DNA of 64,000 bases from Vicugna vicugna (GCA_013265495.1 MU058000.1:434001-498000); one strand, 5' to 3'; shown: positions 1-14,649, numbered from the stretch's first letter. The notes: generated by a model from the sequence alone, not told the origin. Numbers and translations: made by a program.

Positions 1-770
1 GCAAGTCATTAGGATCAATGTTATTTCAATTATTAGTTCACCTCAGAATTCAATTAGGAGGAAAGAAAACAAAGTATCCTTTAATCTTTATTTATTAACA
101 ACAAAATTTAGTTCCAATTACAATAAAAATGGTTTCCACCTAAATATGTTAGATTTCCTCGGAGAGATGAATGGAGGCATTTCTTTCAAAACTATATACT
201 TACTAATGTGTCTCATTGGTGGGAAAGTAAAAACTTTATACTGCAAAACTCCATTGTCACGTTAATTCAAATAAATTTAAAAAGAAAAAGCCTTCTAAGT
301 TCTAAGTCAAATTATGGTCTTTCGACCAGAAATTAGCCTCTTCTTAGCTAAGTGTACTAACCCAAGCAACTGAAAGCCAAAATCCATGCTTATCCAGACA
401 AAGCAGAAGAGGTTAAAAGGTAGGAAAAAAATTCTATTTCTGAGTTTTCTTTTTCCTAGTGTGACCATGACACTCTTCCCTCATCTTTATTTCCCAAAGC
501 CCTTTCTATGGAGAAGATGTAAACTGCCTCCACTCAAACTTCCAAATACTGTCAAAAATTAGCCTCCAAATAAAAATGGAACCTCAGTATCATTCATCCA
601 TGAGTAATTTACCTAACCAAAATATAAGCAACTTCTCTAAAAGCACATGTCCACAAGAAGCTAAACCATGGTAATTCCTACTGGTTTCACTCCCACAATA
701 TTTTATTTGGAAATACTGCCTTATCCCAAAACACTTCCACAACCCATATATTTCAAATATCTTTAATGGC

Positions 771-1263
771 TGTTAGGTAGAATAACAGCCCCCAAAGACT
801 CCAAGTCCTAATCCCCAGAACCTGTGTATTTGTTTCCTTATATGGCAAAAGGGATTTTTGCAGATAAAATAAATTAAGGATCTTGAGATGGGGAGATTAT
901 CATGGATTATCGGGTGGACGCAAGGCAATCACAAGCATCGTTAAAAGTGGAAGAGGGAAGTAGAAGAGTAGTCAGAGTGATATGGTGTAAGAAGGACTCA
1001 TTCCACTCTTACTGGCTTTGAAGAAGAAGGAAGGGGCCACAAAGTAAGGAATGTGGGCAGTTCTAGAGGCTGGCAAAGGCACAGGAAGAGATATTCCCTT
1101 AGGGCCTCCAAAAAGGAATGCAGCCCTGTTGATATTCTGATTTTAGTCAAGTGAGACCAGTGTCAGATTCTGACCTACAGAACCATCATAAAATATATTT
1201 CTAGGTTTTCTTAGACATTAGTTTTGTAGTAATTTGTTACTGCAGCAAGAAAATAATAATACA
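771..1263 (+). mobile_element. MaLR solo LTR (MLT1-like)
   Basis: Starts TGTTAGGTAGAATAACAGCCCCCAAAGA and ends GTAATTTGTTACTGCAGCAAGAAAATAATAATACA, resembling MLT1 termini (TG...CA); internal MLT1-type motifs such as GGCCTCCAAAAAGGAATGCAGCCCTG. Confidence 0.8.
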
Positions 1264-1330
1264 CTGACTGAAACTATTTCTTAGCTTAAACTAGTAAAAA
1301 TCTATTGCATGCAACCATCGCTAAACTAAC

Positions 1331-1477
1331 CTGTAAAGTACTTGTTATAGTGTTGACCTTCTCAGTGACATCTACAGTAGGCCGACTTCGAGCTTCCCTG
1401 TGAATTGAACTGGCAGCCCATCGGCTCAGTCGATCACGAGAGCGGAAGTGGTCTGAATCACTGGAGGATTCTGCCAT
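1331..1477 (-). CDS. CEP128: Centrosomal protein 128, first coding exon (exon spans 1331-1492 including 15 nt of 5' UTR); gene continues off the left edge
   Basis: Translates MAESSSDSDHFRSRDRLSRWAASSIHREARSRPTVDVTEKVNTITSTLQ, recognised as the CEP128 N-terminus. Acceptor TTTCTTTTTTAAG|G at 1493/1492, donor CAG|GTTAGT at 1331/1330. Head-to-head synteny with TSHR matches known mammalian gene order. Confidence 0.93.
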
Positions 1478-3199
1478 TGATGTACAAAAATCCTTAAAAA
1501 AGAAATTCATGTAAGGTCAATTAAATGGTAATGAGTATAGAAATAAGAGATTAACTATTTACTTTTTGATCTTTTTAAGTATTTATTACATTAGCCCTTG
1601 GGCATATCATAGTTTCTACCACACAGCTTGAAAACACAAGTCACTTCTCCATGCAATTCTCCCTACTTCGTCTTTCCTGCTTTAAGAGAGCAATTCCTCA
1701 GACATTTTAGTCATATTTACAACTCCAAATGATAATAAGTCGCTTAGTTTTATGCAATGCTCCTAAATTTTAAAATCTCTTTCACAGGCAGTATCTCACA
1801 TAATCCTACCAGCAACATTGTAAGGTATATGAGACACACAGGTTAGTATCTCCACAATAAAAAAAAAAAAAAAAAACCAACCCACAGATATTCTCCAAGG
1901 CGAGGACCTATAGGTCCCCATATTAGTCCAATGTCTATTCTACTAAGCTATGAGAACATATATATCTTTAAACAAAAATACAATACACACAGAATGACCT
2001 AAAATAAGAGAATTTCATTCAGTGTACAGTGAATGCTCTCATATACCTTACTTTAAAATACAATAGAATTAAACAAATGCTCTACCAGAGGTACAAATTG
2101 TACAATAACAAATATGTGAGAAGATGGCATCTTCAGTATTTCCACCAAAATAGAAAGCCAAACATCTGGAATATAATTTCATCAGTAGAAAAGTCTCCAA
2201 ATATGCTTTCTTCCCATCCTTACCTCAATTTTCAATTTAATGCAAAAGAAATTATTTCATGCAAGGCAATCTCAAAAGTTTCAGAAAACCTTTTATAGAA
2301 GTTGAAAAATGAAATATATTTGTAACCAAGAAGCATCAGAGAAAATTCAGTTGATCAAAAGTGAAAGCTTACTGAGTATTCAGATAATTTCATTTTCTTC
2401 TTAATGTAAGGTTAGCAATCTTTATTTTAACATTAATTGATACAATCTCCCTAAAATCTATACAGTCATTTTTTTCTGGCTCTTTAAATACAGTGTGATG
2501 AAACCTCTCTTTGATAATCAAGAATACTCCAGTATTTCTGAATTATTCTGAATGCATCTGGGAAGTACATGACCACACATCTAAAGCCAAGATAAAGGAA
2601 ATTTGCTAAATATATATGTAGATTCTAGAGCATTTAATGAAAGTAGTTATGTTTTTTAAATGTTAGACAAAATAAAACTAAATAAAAAGATAAAGGAACC
2701 TTGCTGTGAGATCAGGTTTTTCAAAATGAAATACAGTCTGTCCTCATAGCATCAGAAGAATGAACAGAACATCCAACTTTTTCAAATTAGCTGAGGCAGC
2801 ACTAGAGAACACCTGTCAGATTCAAGCCTCTCCTCTGCCCAGGCCTCTCAACCTCCTTCCACACTATCTTCTCTGGTTCTTGCCCCCTTCTCCTGTCTAA
2901 AAGTACAAAGGTATAGTACCCACAGTGTAGCTCCCTCTGTCATCAGGAAACATGAACAAGAGACAAAGACTGAAGCAACTGTTTAGCTATGCTTTTCCAG
3001 GATCACAACTGTTTCAAGTCCAAAAGAATAAAATTAAGAAGAAATCTTATATGTTAGGTTCACCTAATTTTAAACTTAGGAAGTGAGGTGTGCGTGCATG
3101 TGCATCAGAGCACACATAAATCTGGGCCACATGACCTAAAGTCACTTCCTCTCAGTTAAAGAACTTTCCAACATTTTCCACCAGTGAAAACAAGTAAAA

Positions 3200-3420
3200 A
3201 TCAACATTTTCTGAGAGCCTGCTACATGCTCAGTACTATATAGACGCTCACACAGACAATCCAGTTTAATTCTCAACACTTACTAAAATGGGCATCATTA
3301 ACCCCTAATCTAGAGGATGCTGACGGGGAGACTTTAAGTAACAAGTCCAACTCCATACGATGACTGGAAGTCGCAGACCCAGGATGCAGACCCGGCACCA
3401 GGCTTCTCTACCTTCAGTAC
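3200..3420 (-). mobile_element. MIR SINE remnant
   Basis: Degenerate MIR-like segments (TTTAATTCTCAACACTTACTAAAATGGGCATCATTAACCCC...); boundaries approximate. Confidence 0.5.
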
Positions 3421-5599
3421 GCTCTTCATTCCATCTGCTCTGCTGTCCCCTCAACACTCGTTGTAAACAATCTGAACAGTCAGTAAAAGTGATTAAAGGC
3501 ATCTGCGGGCCATGGCCCACACGTGTCTACAGGCTCCTCAACCCCCTTCTCATTTCATTTAAGCATTAAATATTGGGCAAAGGGGAGGAGTGGGAATCAC
3601 ACAGTAGTATGAAGTCTTTATCAGGCATCAGGAAAAAACCTAAGTGACGTACCTATGATACATATAATAAAGAGCCCTGAAAACAAATCAAACCATTGGC
3701 CTCACGGTAAAGGGGTTTTTATTTCCTTATTTCGTCTATCTCCTGTATAATGGAAAATAATAACTATGCCTGGATCTGTCAAAATTCTGTAGCTAAAAGC
3801 ATAGTAAGTTTCATTTTAACAAGTTACGATTCTGGAAACTAAATTGGAATTAAGATAAAATCAGGCAGAATAAAAAGATTAACATTGAAAAAGTCAGGTG
3901 TTAACTGTAATGATTGTTAGAGAGAATAAGAAACAAGACAACTAACTCTGGGCTAACCTAAGTTTTGAGTACCAAAATTTTAATAATAATCAATTACATG
4001 TAACTTCAATGGATATAAATGGTATGTCAGACTCTTCTAATGAGCAGACAACTGAATTTCAACTTGACTACAAATAATGATAACTGAAAATTGTATGGTT
4101 ATTTTTTAAATAATTTGGAAAAAATGTTTAAAATATAAAATAGTACAGAGACTAATAATAAGTATGCATGTATCTATTACCTAGAACTAATAAGTAATAT
4201 TATTCTTTTCTATTTCTATTACTCTATTATTCTTATACGATTGCTATCATCTTATTTTCCAGTTATTTTATAAGAATATATTCTTAATATTATTTCCCAT
4301 TCTGACATGTGTGCTTCTAAAATTTTTAATAAAATATTTAGAACATAAATAAAGTCCTAGTACCTTTCCATCCTACTCTGCACCCAGGACAATTCCTGCC
4401 CCACCTCCTCTGAGATAACTACAAGAATAACTTTGTGTTTAACTCTCCATACCATATTTTTATACTTTTACCACAGGTATATTACCTCACAGACTTTCTT
4501 AATGGAACATACATTATTATCAGTTGATAAATATTAATAAGTAAAGATATGGGGTACTGAATTTAACTTTAAAACAGAAAATCTTAGCAGCAGTAAATAA
4601 AGTTAAGAACAGCATTAGCTAAATAATGTGTAACTGTCACATAATACAAAAAAAAAAGATCTCTCACTTACCCCTACTAAGGATTACATACTTTTAATAA
4701 GACAAAATCACACTTTCCAGCATGAATTTCACTAGTTCACACACAGTCTTCAGCTTTTAATTTCAATTACTTTGAGCAATAATTATATTCCAATTCCTGT
4801 ATCTGATGGAACTCCTGTAGAAATATCAAGATTTAATTTGAGCTATATCTGAGAATTTTGCATGGCTTTTTTTTTTTAAATAGCATGATACATTCACCAA
4901 CTATCTAAGGACTTTAATTTCATTAGTGTCATAAATGTTGAACTAAGGGACATTAAAGATTCTGATTATAATAAAAATAGAAATTAGATTAATATTTCAT
5001 TGTTGATAAAAACTTAGCACTTTCTTCAACTATTACTGATAATTCAAAATGTCAATGTGTCTCTCATAGCTAACAGAGCATCTGACTCTAAGTGTCACAA
5101 TGCAGACAGCAGCTACAGTAGAGGTCCAACATTACCAAAAGATGCCAAGTCTATCAACAGCCAACACCACCACCCTCTGAGACATGGACTTGATGGAGAG
5201 AGAGTAAAACAAATGAGAAAGAAGTGGCCACTAGATAGAGTTGGCAAAAGGTTTATACCATATCAGTACAACCTAGAATAAAATGTATGGAGGGCCATGA
5301 AAATAGCTCCTGAGAGCCCCTTAATATAATTGACTAAAGAAAAGAAATACAAAACAGTTAGTGCCAATTATACACTCTTCATTCACCATTAAAAATGTAC
5401 TATTTTATGCTATAATTTTTTTTTAATTTGAAGTATTGTTTATCCTAATATCAGTAATGAAAACTGATCAGGACTCTGAAAACCTTTTCCCCAGTAAAAC
5501 TGTCAAAGTATTAGATTCATTCCACGTTGATAAAAGAATACTGAAAGTGGTCATAGAAGAAAACAAATATGCATAGCCAGGCAAAAATGTTCTGCATAA

Positions 5600-6270
5600 T
5601 AACCTAAGAAATATAAATTATCAATGAGATGCTTTTCAAGCCCATTAAGTTGTTTTCCTTTAAATAATAATGTCTATTGTTATCTAGGTTGTAGGGGAAG
5701 GAGCACTCCTATACTGTTGTAATGGAAATGCATAAATTGATATAAATTGTCTGGCTATCAGCAGGCATTATGTGTCAAGGGCAGTTTGCACCTTTACTAA
5801 CTATACCCCCAAAATCTCTCCTCACAAAATCATCTGGCATACATACAGAAATTCATATATAAGGAAACGTACTGAGAAGTTATAATAGAGAAAAAATAAA
5901 AACAACTTATATTTCAAATTATAAGAGAATGGTTAAAATACAGTACACCCATGCAATGGAACAGTACACAGACATTAAAACCCTGTTTTTGGAGACATTT
6001 AATAGCAATGCAAGGGATAAAAGTATGAATACCAATTTCATAACAAACATTACATGGTATACGTGTATGAATATAAAGCACCAGTATACAAATTTAGAGG
6101 AGCAGGAAAGGAAGACAATAAAACAGAAAGAAAATACACCAAAAGTATACTTGCCATGTAGAGTTTACAGCTGATTTCTATTTTTTCAAACATTCCTATC
6201 TTTCCTGAATTTTCTACAATGACTGAATATTCAGAAAGAAAAAATACAATATATACTTCAAAAAAAGAAA
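5600..6270 (+). mobile_element. Ancient L1 (L1ME-like) 3' fragment
   Basis: Decayed L1 ORF2-end/3'UTR motifs (GAATGGTTAAAATACAGTACACCCATGCAATGGAACAGTACACAGACATTAAAA); boundaries approximate. Confidence 0.5.
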
Positions 6271-9200
6271 AACAAACATATAGATCACCTTCAGAGACAG
6301 CAAATTAATAACAGGTTGACAACCTGGAAAATGTGTTTACATAAAAGCTATACATTCAGAACCCCATTTTTCCTTATTAGCTATTTCCTTTTCCTTCCTG
6401 GCAACTTTCCTGACCATAATTCCTAGTTCTCTGACTTCTACCTAGGTAGGGTCATGTCACTCATCAATTGATGAGCTGAAAAAATAGGATCTCAATGTCA
6501 ATCGCTAATGTTTCATACTGAAGAGCACTGGCTGGCCAAAGAAACCGTTTATCATGAGTTTATGAACTAAAAGAATGAGTTTTTTCAATTATGTATGATT
6601 CTCTCTTTGCAATTTTGTTGAAGGAGTCATGATTCACAAACTAATTCTCTTAAAGAAACATCCCGAATACTGGAATAAACTTAAAAGTTGAAAGATTATG
6701 AAAATATATTAATGTGTACTGACATACCTTATACAATCAAATTCTGCTTTTGAAAAATATATTTTAAATGGTTCATTAACAATATTCCATCACAATTACA
6801 ATTTGAATTCCAAAGAAGATTAAGACTGGTAGAAAAACATCTATGTATGCTCAAGAAAAATCTTCACCATTACTTTTAAAAAGTTAAAAGAAATAAATTC
6901 AGTTGGATTGGAAATCTATTCTGCTTATCATAAGAAGTTTCAGCATGATGTTTGTTAACAAAAGAAAATAAAGAATTGCTAAATCTGGGAATGATTAAAG
7001 AACTCCTAAAAAGCAACTTAAAGAGCCTGAATCACCTAAATCCTGGTTAAAGGGGAGACAGGCATTTCCTTTAACTGGGCAAAAAGCAGTAAATACTCTC
7101 TGCAGCTTACTACCACCTACTGGTACAACAAAACTTCTCACTGATGAGAAAGCAGTAATATTTATGCTGTCTGCTTTTCAGCTGCTGAGTTTCTTCCAAG
7201 ACTCTAGAGAGGACTAAGATGGGTGACCTTGGGTGAAAGTCTCCGGAGTCTTAGAGAAAGCTCTGGGTCTGAAAACAGATGGTACAATTCTTAGAACAGT
7301 TTATTTAGCTATTCCCAACACATCAGTATTTAAAGGCATAAATATTGTTGCTTCTGCCTTAATGAACCTTATAAAGAAGACATACAGCCACCAGAGCAAG
7401 TAAGGAGCCCCTCATCAATTCACTCCCACTGAGGATCTATCCATCAAAAACAAGTGCACATATGCAAACCTGATCACTGCGAGAGAGTAAAACTGCATTC
7501 AACACTGTAATTTCAACCATGTAATAAGAGGACTGGCAGTGAGTCTTTACAAACTCAAGTCCATTTCTTTTGTTATTTGACCTAAAGAGTCATCAGATTG
7601 TCTCCATTATAATGATGCACATTTGTATGTATGAGAGCTATAATGTATTGATTCTCTAGTCTCTTTTCCTCAGAGCCAGTTTAAAACAATTAGGATTTGC
7701 AAGCTGTTCTATAAAAGATAAGCACCCAGCATCAGGGGTGATATTTCACAAAGGCTGACTAGTGCATGTTAAGTAGGTGATTGCTTCTGTGGCCTCCAAG
7801 TGCCTTAGTCGTTCCTGTCCGAGGCAACTGTCCTCAAAGAGCACGTTCAAGGTAATGATGTTGATATTTAAGGGGGGTCAGGGAGGTGGGGAGTGTATTT
7901 TAAGCTCAACAAATAACCAAGCTTTCGAATACATTTCTCACTGTTTCAATAGCTGTAGATGTGCGAGCTTTGCCTCATCCATCAAGAGAAAAAATTAACA
8001 AACTGGCAGAGGTTACCATGTACAAACAATTGTCACTTGAACCCGTCTTTACAACAGTGCTCCTCTGTAACTTAATCTCCTCAAACCCTTTTGGTAAATT
8101 CATATAAGATCAAAGTCGACTGTCCAGTCCAGCAGCCAGTTCTCAGTTAAGTCAGGAGATAATGTAAGGCATAGGAAATGGAATCAAAGAGACATGACAG
8201 AATCATGCAGTAATCCTTTACTGAATTGTCACTATATCAGAAATGAAGGATGAAAGCAAATAAGTCACAGTCCATGATGGGCGAGACTCATAAAAGTTCT
8301 ACGTGTGGTGCGCTAAGTAATAGGACAAAATGCCAGGGGAGTCGGGTCAGGAGTCTTCCACCCATCTGGAAGGATGGGTAGAAGTTTGACAGATGGATGA
8401 GACAAAAAAAATGGGATCCAGTTAAAAATCATGTCTCTAAGGAACCAGAGAAGAGACAAATAAGCAGAGCTCTCCCATCCTTCCGGCAGGTCATGGATTT
8501 AAAACTGTCCCCTGGAATGGAGATGGGGAGGGGTTGGGTGAGTAAAATCATTCTCAGTTGAGAACTTCTTACTTAGAGAATTAACATCAAATACATAGCT
8601 CTCTCTCCAAACATACAAGATTTGACTTTTTTATTGTAAGCTCCACTTATATTTCTGTTGCTGCCATCCCTTTCATCTCTCCCCGGCTCTTCCTCTCCAC
8701 CCTCCCTCCCCTCATCCCTCTCTTTCACACTCACACACCCCACCCTCTATTCCACGGAAGAAGCCAAGCAGACTCAGCACCAGGCTCCATTTTGCTTTCC
8801 TTGCTCCAGCACTTCGGAGCACAAGGGCAGACTCACATGGACCAGGGCCCATCAAGCACAGAGCGGGGGCATTTCTGGAAAAGGCTATGGGGCATACAAA
8901 ACGACTGCTTACTCAGACACAGGAAAAAACTAGTCGCTGTTTAATTATATGTAGGCCAGTTGTTAAAAATCAGTGCAGTTTTAAAAGAAAATAAAGTTAC
9001 TTAATAACCCTTTCCCTATCTCACCAGCGGGATGACACAGATATTTTAGACTACACACCTACACAGATTTCCAAAATAAATGAGGCAGTTTGCAAAATTG
9101 AATTAAACATAAAATATATCAAGATTTAAAAAAACAAAAAAAAAACCCAAGAAAAAAAGTAAAGAAAACTTACAGAGAAATGGATGCTAATAAACAGGAG

Positions 9201-10049
9201 AGGGACTTCTCACTTGTAGTTAAGCCGTAGAATTGCATTCTCCATTTGCTAACAGATGAATAAATACAAGCTACACTATTCCCAAAATAGCAGACAAGAA
9301 AGAAGTCCTCTGGAGCTGCAGACAACCCCTAATAATTGTCCAGACTGCCCCAGATTGGGCAAGAGATCAGCCTAAGCAAAGACACAGCTAGAATCCCTGA
9401 GCTTCTGACACCATTTCATTTAAATCAGAGGACGAAAACTGGAGAACTACAGACATAATCCAGCCAACTAATATGTACCTTAAAATAATGCTCAGTATGT
9501 TACACAGCTTCCAAGTGGCAGAGCTGAATCCTGAACTTTCCTCAAGGCCCAGATTCCTAAGCATGTATCCCTTCTCATTACCACTGGCACTATTCATAGT
9601 TTCGGACTGCTCCTAACTCATTACTAGCCACCATAATGGTTTCTCTAACTTTGAGTCTTTTCCTATCCATTCCAACCTTCGCTGACATTCCATCGCCCAT
9701 GTGACTGAATCTAGGTTCTTGAATAAAGAATTCAAGACCCTCAGCAAGCCACTCTTCTCTTAACAAAAGAACCACAGACGACAGAAGGCCCACATTCAAC
9801 TGTTACACCAGCTATTTTCTCCTACCACTTCCTTCCCTCACTGATGTCATTAGTTCTGACTAAAATGCCGTCTGCTGTCGACTACTATCACCTATTTAAG
9901 CTCTGCTGGGAAACAAGCTGCTGGAAAGCAAGCAACTAGAAAACAAGCCGCACCTAAATTTCCATGAGTTTAAAATATTGTATTCACACTTACTTGCTTA
10001 AAATGCACATGCTTGCTTTGTTCTAATGTTTTACACAGTAGATGAAATT

Positions 10050-10540
10050 TGTGAGGAGAAATCCTGAGATTAACCGTAAGGGCATGAAGGAGGGCAGATA
10101 TTTCCTTAGGGTAAAACAATGGCGTCCTGGAAAGCCAAATCGTCAATTAACAGAACTTTGTTCCGGCATGAAAGTATGCTGTTTAACCTGAGAGAAGTAT
10201 TTGCTAACTCGAGATGTCCCAGAGGCAATAACAGGATAAACTTAGAAAATCTGCATATCCCCCCAGGAGGGTGATTGTTCCTGGAAGGGACAGGCCTGAA
10301 ATTTATCAGTTAACCAGCAAGTAGAACTTAGTGCTTATCGCACAGAATATCTAAAACCCCACCTCTTTGATCACATTTTTTCTGAACTGTATATGCCTAA
10401 TAAATATGATGTTGACCAGGCTTTCTGAGCTCTAGAACCACGAGATCTTGAGTCCCCTGGTCCCATCTTTGCTCTTTATTTTGTCTCTTTGTTTCTTAAG
10501 TCTTGCATTGCTCAGGTCCCGAGCTGTGCTGGACACAGCA
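10050..10540 (+). mobile_element. Solo ERV LTR (491 bp) with 5-bp TSD
   Basis: TG start at 10050, CA end at 10540, flanked by identical AAATT (10045-10049 and 10541-10545); AATAAA near 10399; U5-like end GCTGGACACAGCA. Orientation inferred. Confidence 0.75.
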
Positions 10541-11897
10541 AAATTCCACTCATCTTTCCAGATGTAGGTCATATGGTACAATCTCAGTGAAGACTTCCAT
10601 CTCCAGCCAGAAGTGATCTTTTCTCCCTCTGCATTCTTATAGCTCTATATTTATACTAAGATATTCATTAAACATGTCCACGAAATGTAATTATTCGTAA
10701 TAATTCTTTTTCAATTTCTCAAATATGTTATGCTCATCTCACCATCATACATATGCTGGATTCACCGGCTAGCATATTCTTCTCATCCCTATTCCTTTGA
10801 CTAACTCTTACTTTTCCTTCAAGTCTCAGTTCAGAGGAAACTTCCCCTAGAAGCCTTCCTTCACTGCCCTAACCCTCACCCTGGGCCAAGTGCCCACAGT
10901 GGACACCGCCTCACACAGCCCAGAGATAGTTAACTGGCTATTTACTTGTCTGTCTCCCTACTAGACTCTAAATCTCATCAGAAGTTCTATTTACTTTGTT
11001 CATGATTGTTCAACACCTACTCTAGTGCCTGGCAATGTAGTTGGAACATTTTTTAATGAATTTACAATTCAATTTACCATATTACACTATCTGATTAATC
11101 CAGAAACAAATTTCAAAGTAAGGACTTTGCAATTGATAAGTACTAATTAAATAATTATTGGATGAAATAATTCTTACAGTAAATAACCTAGATTATCTTA
11201 AGTCCTCAAATAATATGGACTCAACTGAAAAATAGTACAAAAATAGTACAAAGATACATGATAATATGTCTATTACAGAGTAAACAAGGACAATTCATTA
11301 ACTGTGTTAAAACTTGTAACTGAATCAAATCTTGGAGATTTGCTTGAATTATTTCAAGTCATTTTATCATTGTTATTTGCATCTACCTACATTCCTCTAT
11401 TATTTATCTGTACTGTGAAGCTCTATACTCCATCTTTTTATCATCTGTGTTCATTTTCAGTACTGTTTTAATGTACCAACTGGTGCTTATTTGCAAACCC
11501 ATTTTTGCCATTTAAAGCCTTCATTCTCCCACCATTAAGCCCTTTCCTCCTTTCTACAATCTATAAAATTGCCCATCTCTTCTTCCTTTAAAATAATAAT
11601 CATAGTACATTTCTTCCATGGTGTCTCTCTTCATTAAGAGCCTAGTTCAGGCTTAGTTTTGATTCACCTATCCATTCGTCTATGAGCTCATTCATTCATG
11701 AGCACCTGTTTCATTGTAAACACTGTGCATAAAGTAGATTCTAAGAGTTCATCAATGACATGGATTCATGAAACCACAAATATTCCCATCTCCCAAACAA
11801 CCCAAGCACCAGCACTGTGCAGACCTACAGTAAGGGTCATATGAATTTCAGGGAGGTGTTAGTATCTGTGAAAAACCTAATAAGCCTCTTAGGATCA

Positions 11898-11983
11898 TTC
11901 ATAATTACTGATAATAAGACACCAGAAAATAATTCATAATTATTGACAGTAAGACACCAGAAAACAATTGTTGATAATAAGAC
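11898..11983. repeat. Short imperfect tandem repeat (about 34-bp unit, about 2.5 copies)
   Basis: TTCATAATTACTGATAATAAGACACCAGAAAATAA followed by TTCATAATTATTGACAGTAAGACACCAGAAAACAA and a partial third copy. Confidence 0.75.
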
Positions 11984-13625
11984 AAGGTTAGAAAACTAAA
12001 CATTCAGAAAAATATTTGTATTGTATTGAAACCAGAGGCTTCACTGTATCTCTAAAAATAAAACAAAACAAAACAAAAACTGAAAAAAGAACATTTCAGG
12101 ATAAAAGCTGCAAAGGATAAACAGGCAATTCACAGAATCCAAATGGCCCTAACAAACGTGTAACATACTTTACTTCACTAATTAAAGAATTGCAACTTAA
12201 AATAATGATAATTCTTTTTTAACTGTTTTGTACCTAGGAAAAAAGCTCTCACTATCAGGGCTGACAACTTGCACATCTTGCTGTAAGAATATTAACTCGG
12301 ATAGCTTTTCCAGAGAAGAATCTGGCAAGCAAAAATAAGTAATATGCATAGATTCTACTTCTATGATTATTATCCTAGGAAAACAAAAGGCAATGTATGT
12401 ATACATCTTAAATGCACACATATGTAAAAGACTTTCATTGCAGATTTATAGTAGCAAAAAAAAAAACCTACAGATCCACTGATAACTGATACATTAAATG
12501 TACCTAGTCATTTAGACTATTGTATAGCAATTAAAAGAGACAAAGTAAAATTTTATGTGCTGACATAATAATTACAAGAAAGAAAAACACATTATAGAAT
12601 AGTATGAAGATACTGAAACATTTCCCATGAGAATCAACCCAATGACATTAGTACATGAATAACAGTGAATCTACTCTAGATTATTTTTATATTATTCCCA
12701 AATGTGTCAAGCCTGCAGCTGAAAATATCTGGACTAAATTATCTTATCAGGCCCCCTCCAGTTCTAATATGCTTTAATTCTAAGAACTTTTTATGTATAT
12801 ATCTTGGACAAAGTGTATTACAAGGCCCCAATGGGTCCTCCTTATATGTTTAAGTACCCTTTGTGAAAATGAAATGTGAAAATGCTAAATAGTGCCCAGA
12901 ATTTTAAATCTATGTTGCAAAACCTAAGTTAACACTGTATCCTTGACTGTCAATGACAATGCATGTTGAATATGTGCATTTTATAGATATTACAAATATA
13001 ATTATCTCTTATTTCAACAATAATGTAAAAGGCATTACATCTTGAAAAAAACTAAGAAAGAAAACAGAACTCTTTGAACATTTAAAGAGATGAATAATGG
13101 TAAATTTTGCTTATATGGTACACAATCTAAAATACTAAACGTAAACCAAATCCTATAAGAGGACAATCAGAGATCACAATGTAGCCCCTTTGTAGTGGGC
13201 AGGACTGGGATTTGGAGTCAGAAGACTAGGGGATGAAGATCACTCTTTTGGCTCCAGAACCCCAAGCAAATCAAATAACCTACCTGAGACTCAACTGTCT
13301 CATCTGTAAAATGAAGATAAGCATAATAAATGTATTATATGTATAACATGTAAAAGGTGCCTAATGCAGTGCCTGGGACAAGATAGGGTCTCAAATACTT
13401 GTCTACTCGAAACAGGTGGATCCCTGTTGCCTTTATTGAGGTATCTTCAATTTGTTCTCTTGAATTCTTGTAAGACTGCATGCACAACTATCCTATTTAA
13501 TTTTGATGGTACATGTTAGAAAGAGGTTTCTTGCCCCCTCAAAAGCCTATTTGTTGACACATTCTTTTCCACTATAAATATGAAAAATGTGTTACCTCAG
13601 AAACTCGGGGAGAAAGCATACTTAC

Positions 13626-13781
13626 AATGCACACCCCCAAAACTCCGTGTTGCTGTCCTCTGAGCTCAGTGCTCTTCTTAGGCACATATGTCTGCCTCCT
13701 ATCATTTCTTCATGAGGTTCAGGGCAAAAGGCCTAGTCAAGTGGATGATGTTTGATTGCCCCTACACTTTCCCCAAACCAC
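13626..13781 (-). other. CEP128: CEP128 non-coding 5' UTR exon (156 nt)
   Basis: Minus-strand acceptor TTGTTTCATTTATCTGTAG|G at 13782/13781 and strong donor ATT|GTAAGT at 13626/13625; lies about 2 kb downstream of the CpG-island first exon. Size agrees with my recollection of human CEP128 exon 2 (unverified). Confidence 0.72.
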
Positions 13782-14649
13782 CTACAGATAAATGAAACAA
13801 GGGGGTAAAACACACCTACAACCTTAAATTTTTTTAAACAAGATAAAAAATAAGCTTACCCTCACTATGTACAGTTTATGTACATATCACAGAATATATC
13901 ACATCAGAGAACAGAGAAAATGCTCCTTGGATCATGCAAAAGTCCCACTGAAGTCACAATAATTCTTCACATCCAAATGCCCAGCCAGCGTACTCCTCAC
14001 TGGTAACTTGTAACCATACCTGGTCATCCCTTGGGCTGGCCAGATCATGTTGCAACATGAATTACAGCCCAAGTCTAGCCAAAAATACTATCCCTAAGCA
14101 TGTTTATCAGTGGGGATAAATGAGGCAGGTAATGAAGTTAACATGTTATTTCTGAATTTAATGGTTCAGCTGTTATCTCTAAGCCGGCAAATGCACTAAG
14201 TGCGAGCACTCCTGAAGGAAACATTTTATAGGCTGTCCAGTTCTTCCCACATTCAGTATTGCAGTCAAGTAGGTAAAAGTAAAATGTCTTTGTAAGAAAG
14301 AACTGTGGACAAAAATACTTCCAATTCTTTATGTCTGCTTTCAAAGCAGTCTCTAAGAATCCACAGAAAGTTATCCAGAGAACTGGTAGTTGTCCACATA
14401 AAAAGTAGATCTGGGAAGAACACATCTATAAATATCTCCAAGGGTAAAAAAGTGGTCTGGAAAAGTTAATCCAAATCAACTGTTAAGATAGAGCTCAAAG
14501 GGACCCAGGCCATGCAGTGGCAGAGAGGACACAGATATGATTTATACCTCACTCTTTTAACACAGCAGTAACCTTCCCTCCATGAGATGAGTCACAGACA
14601 CACTCAAATTTTCTCTGGGCCCACATGAAACTACCAAAACTTTAATCTA

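Noticed and set aside
1286..1510. 74-aa single-exon ORF starting MNFFFK
   Set aside because: The first ATG lies in the intron's polypyrimidine tract and the tail runs past the splice donor; only 1331-1477 is CEP128 coding.
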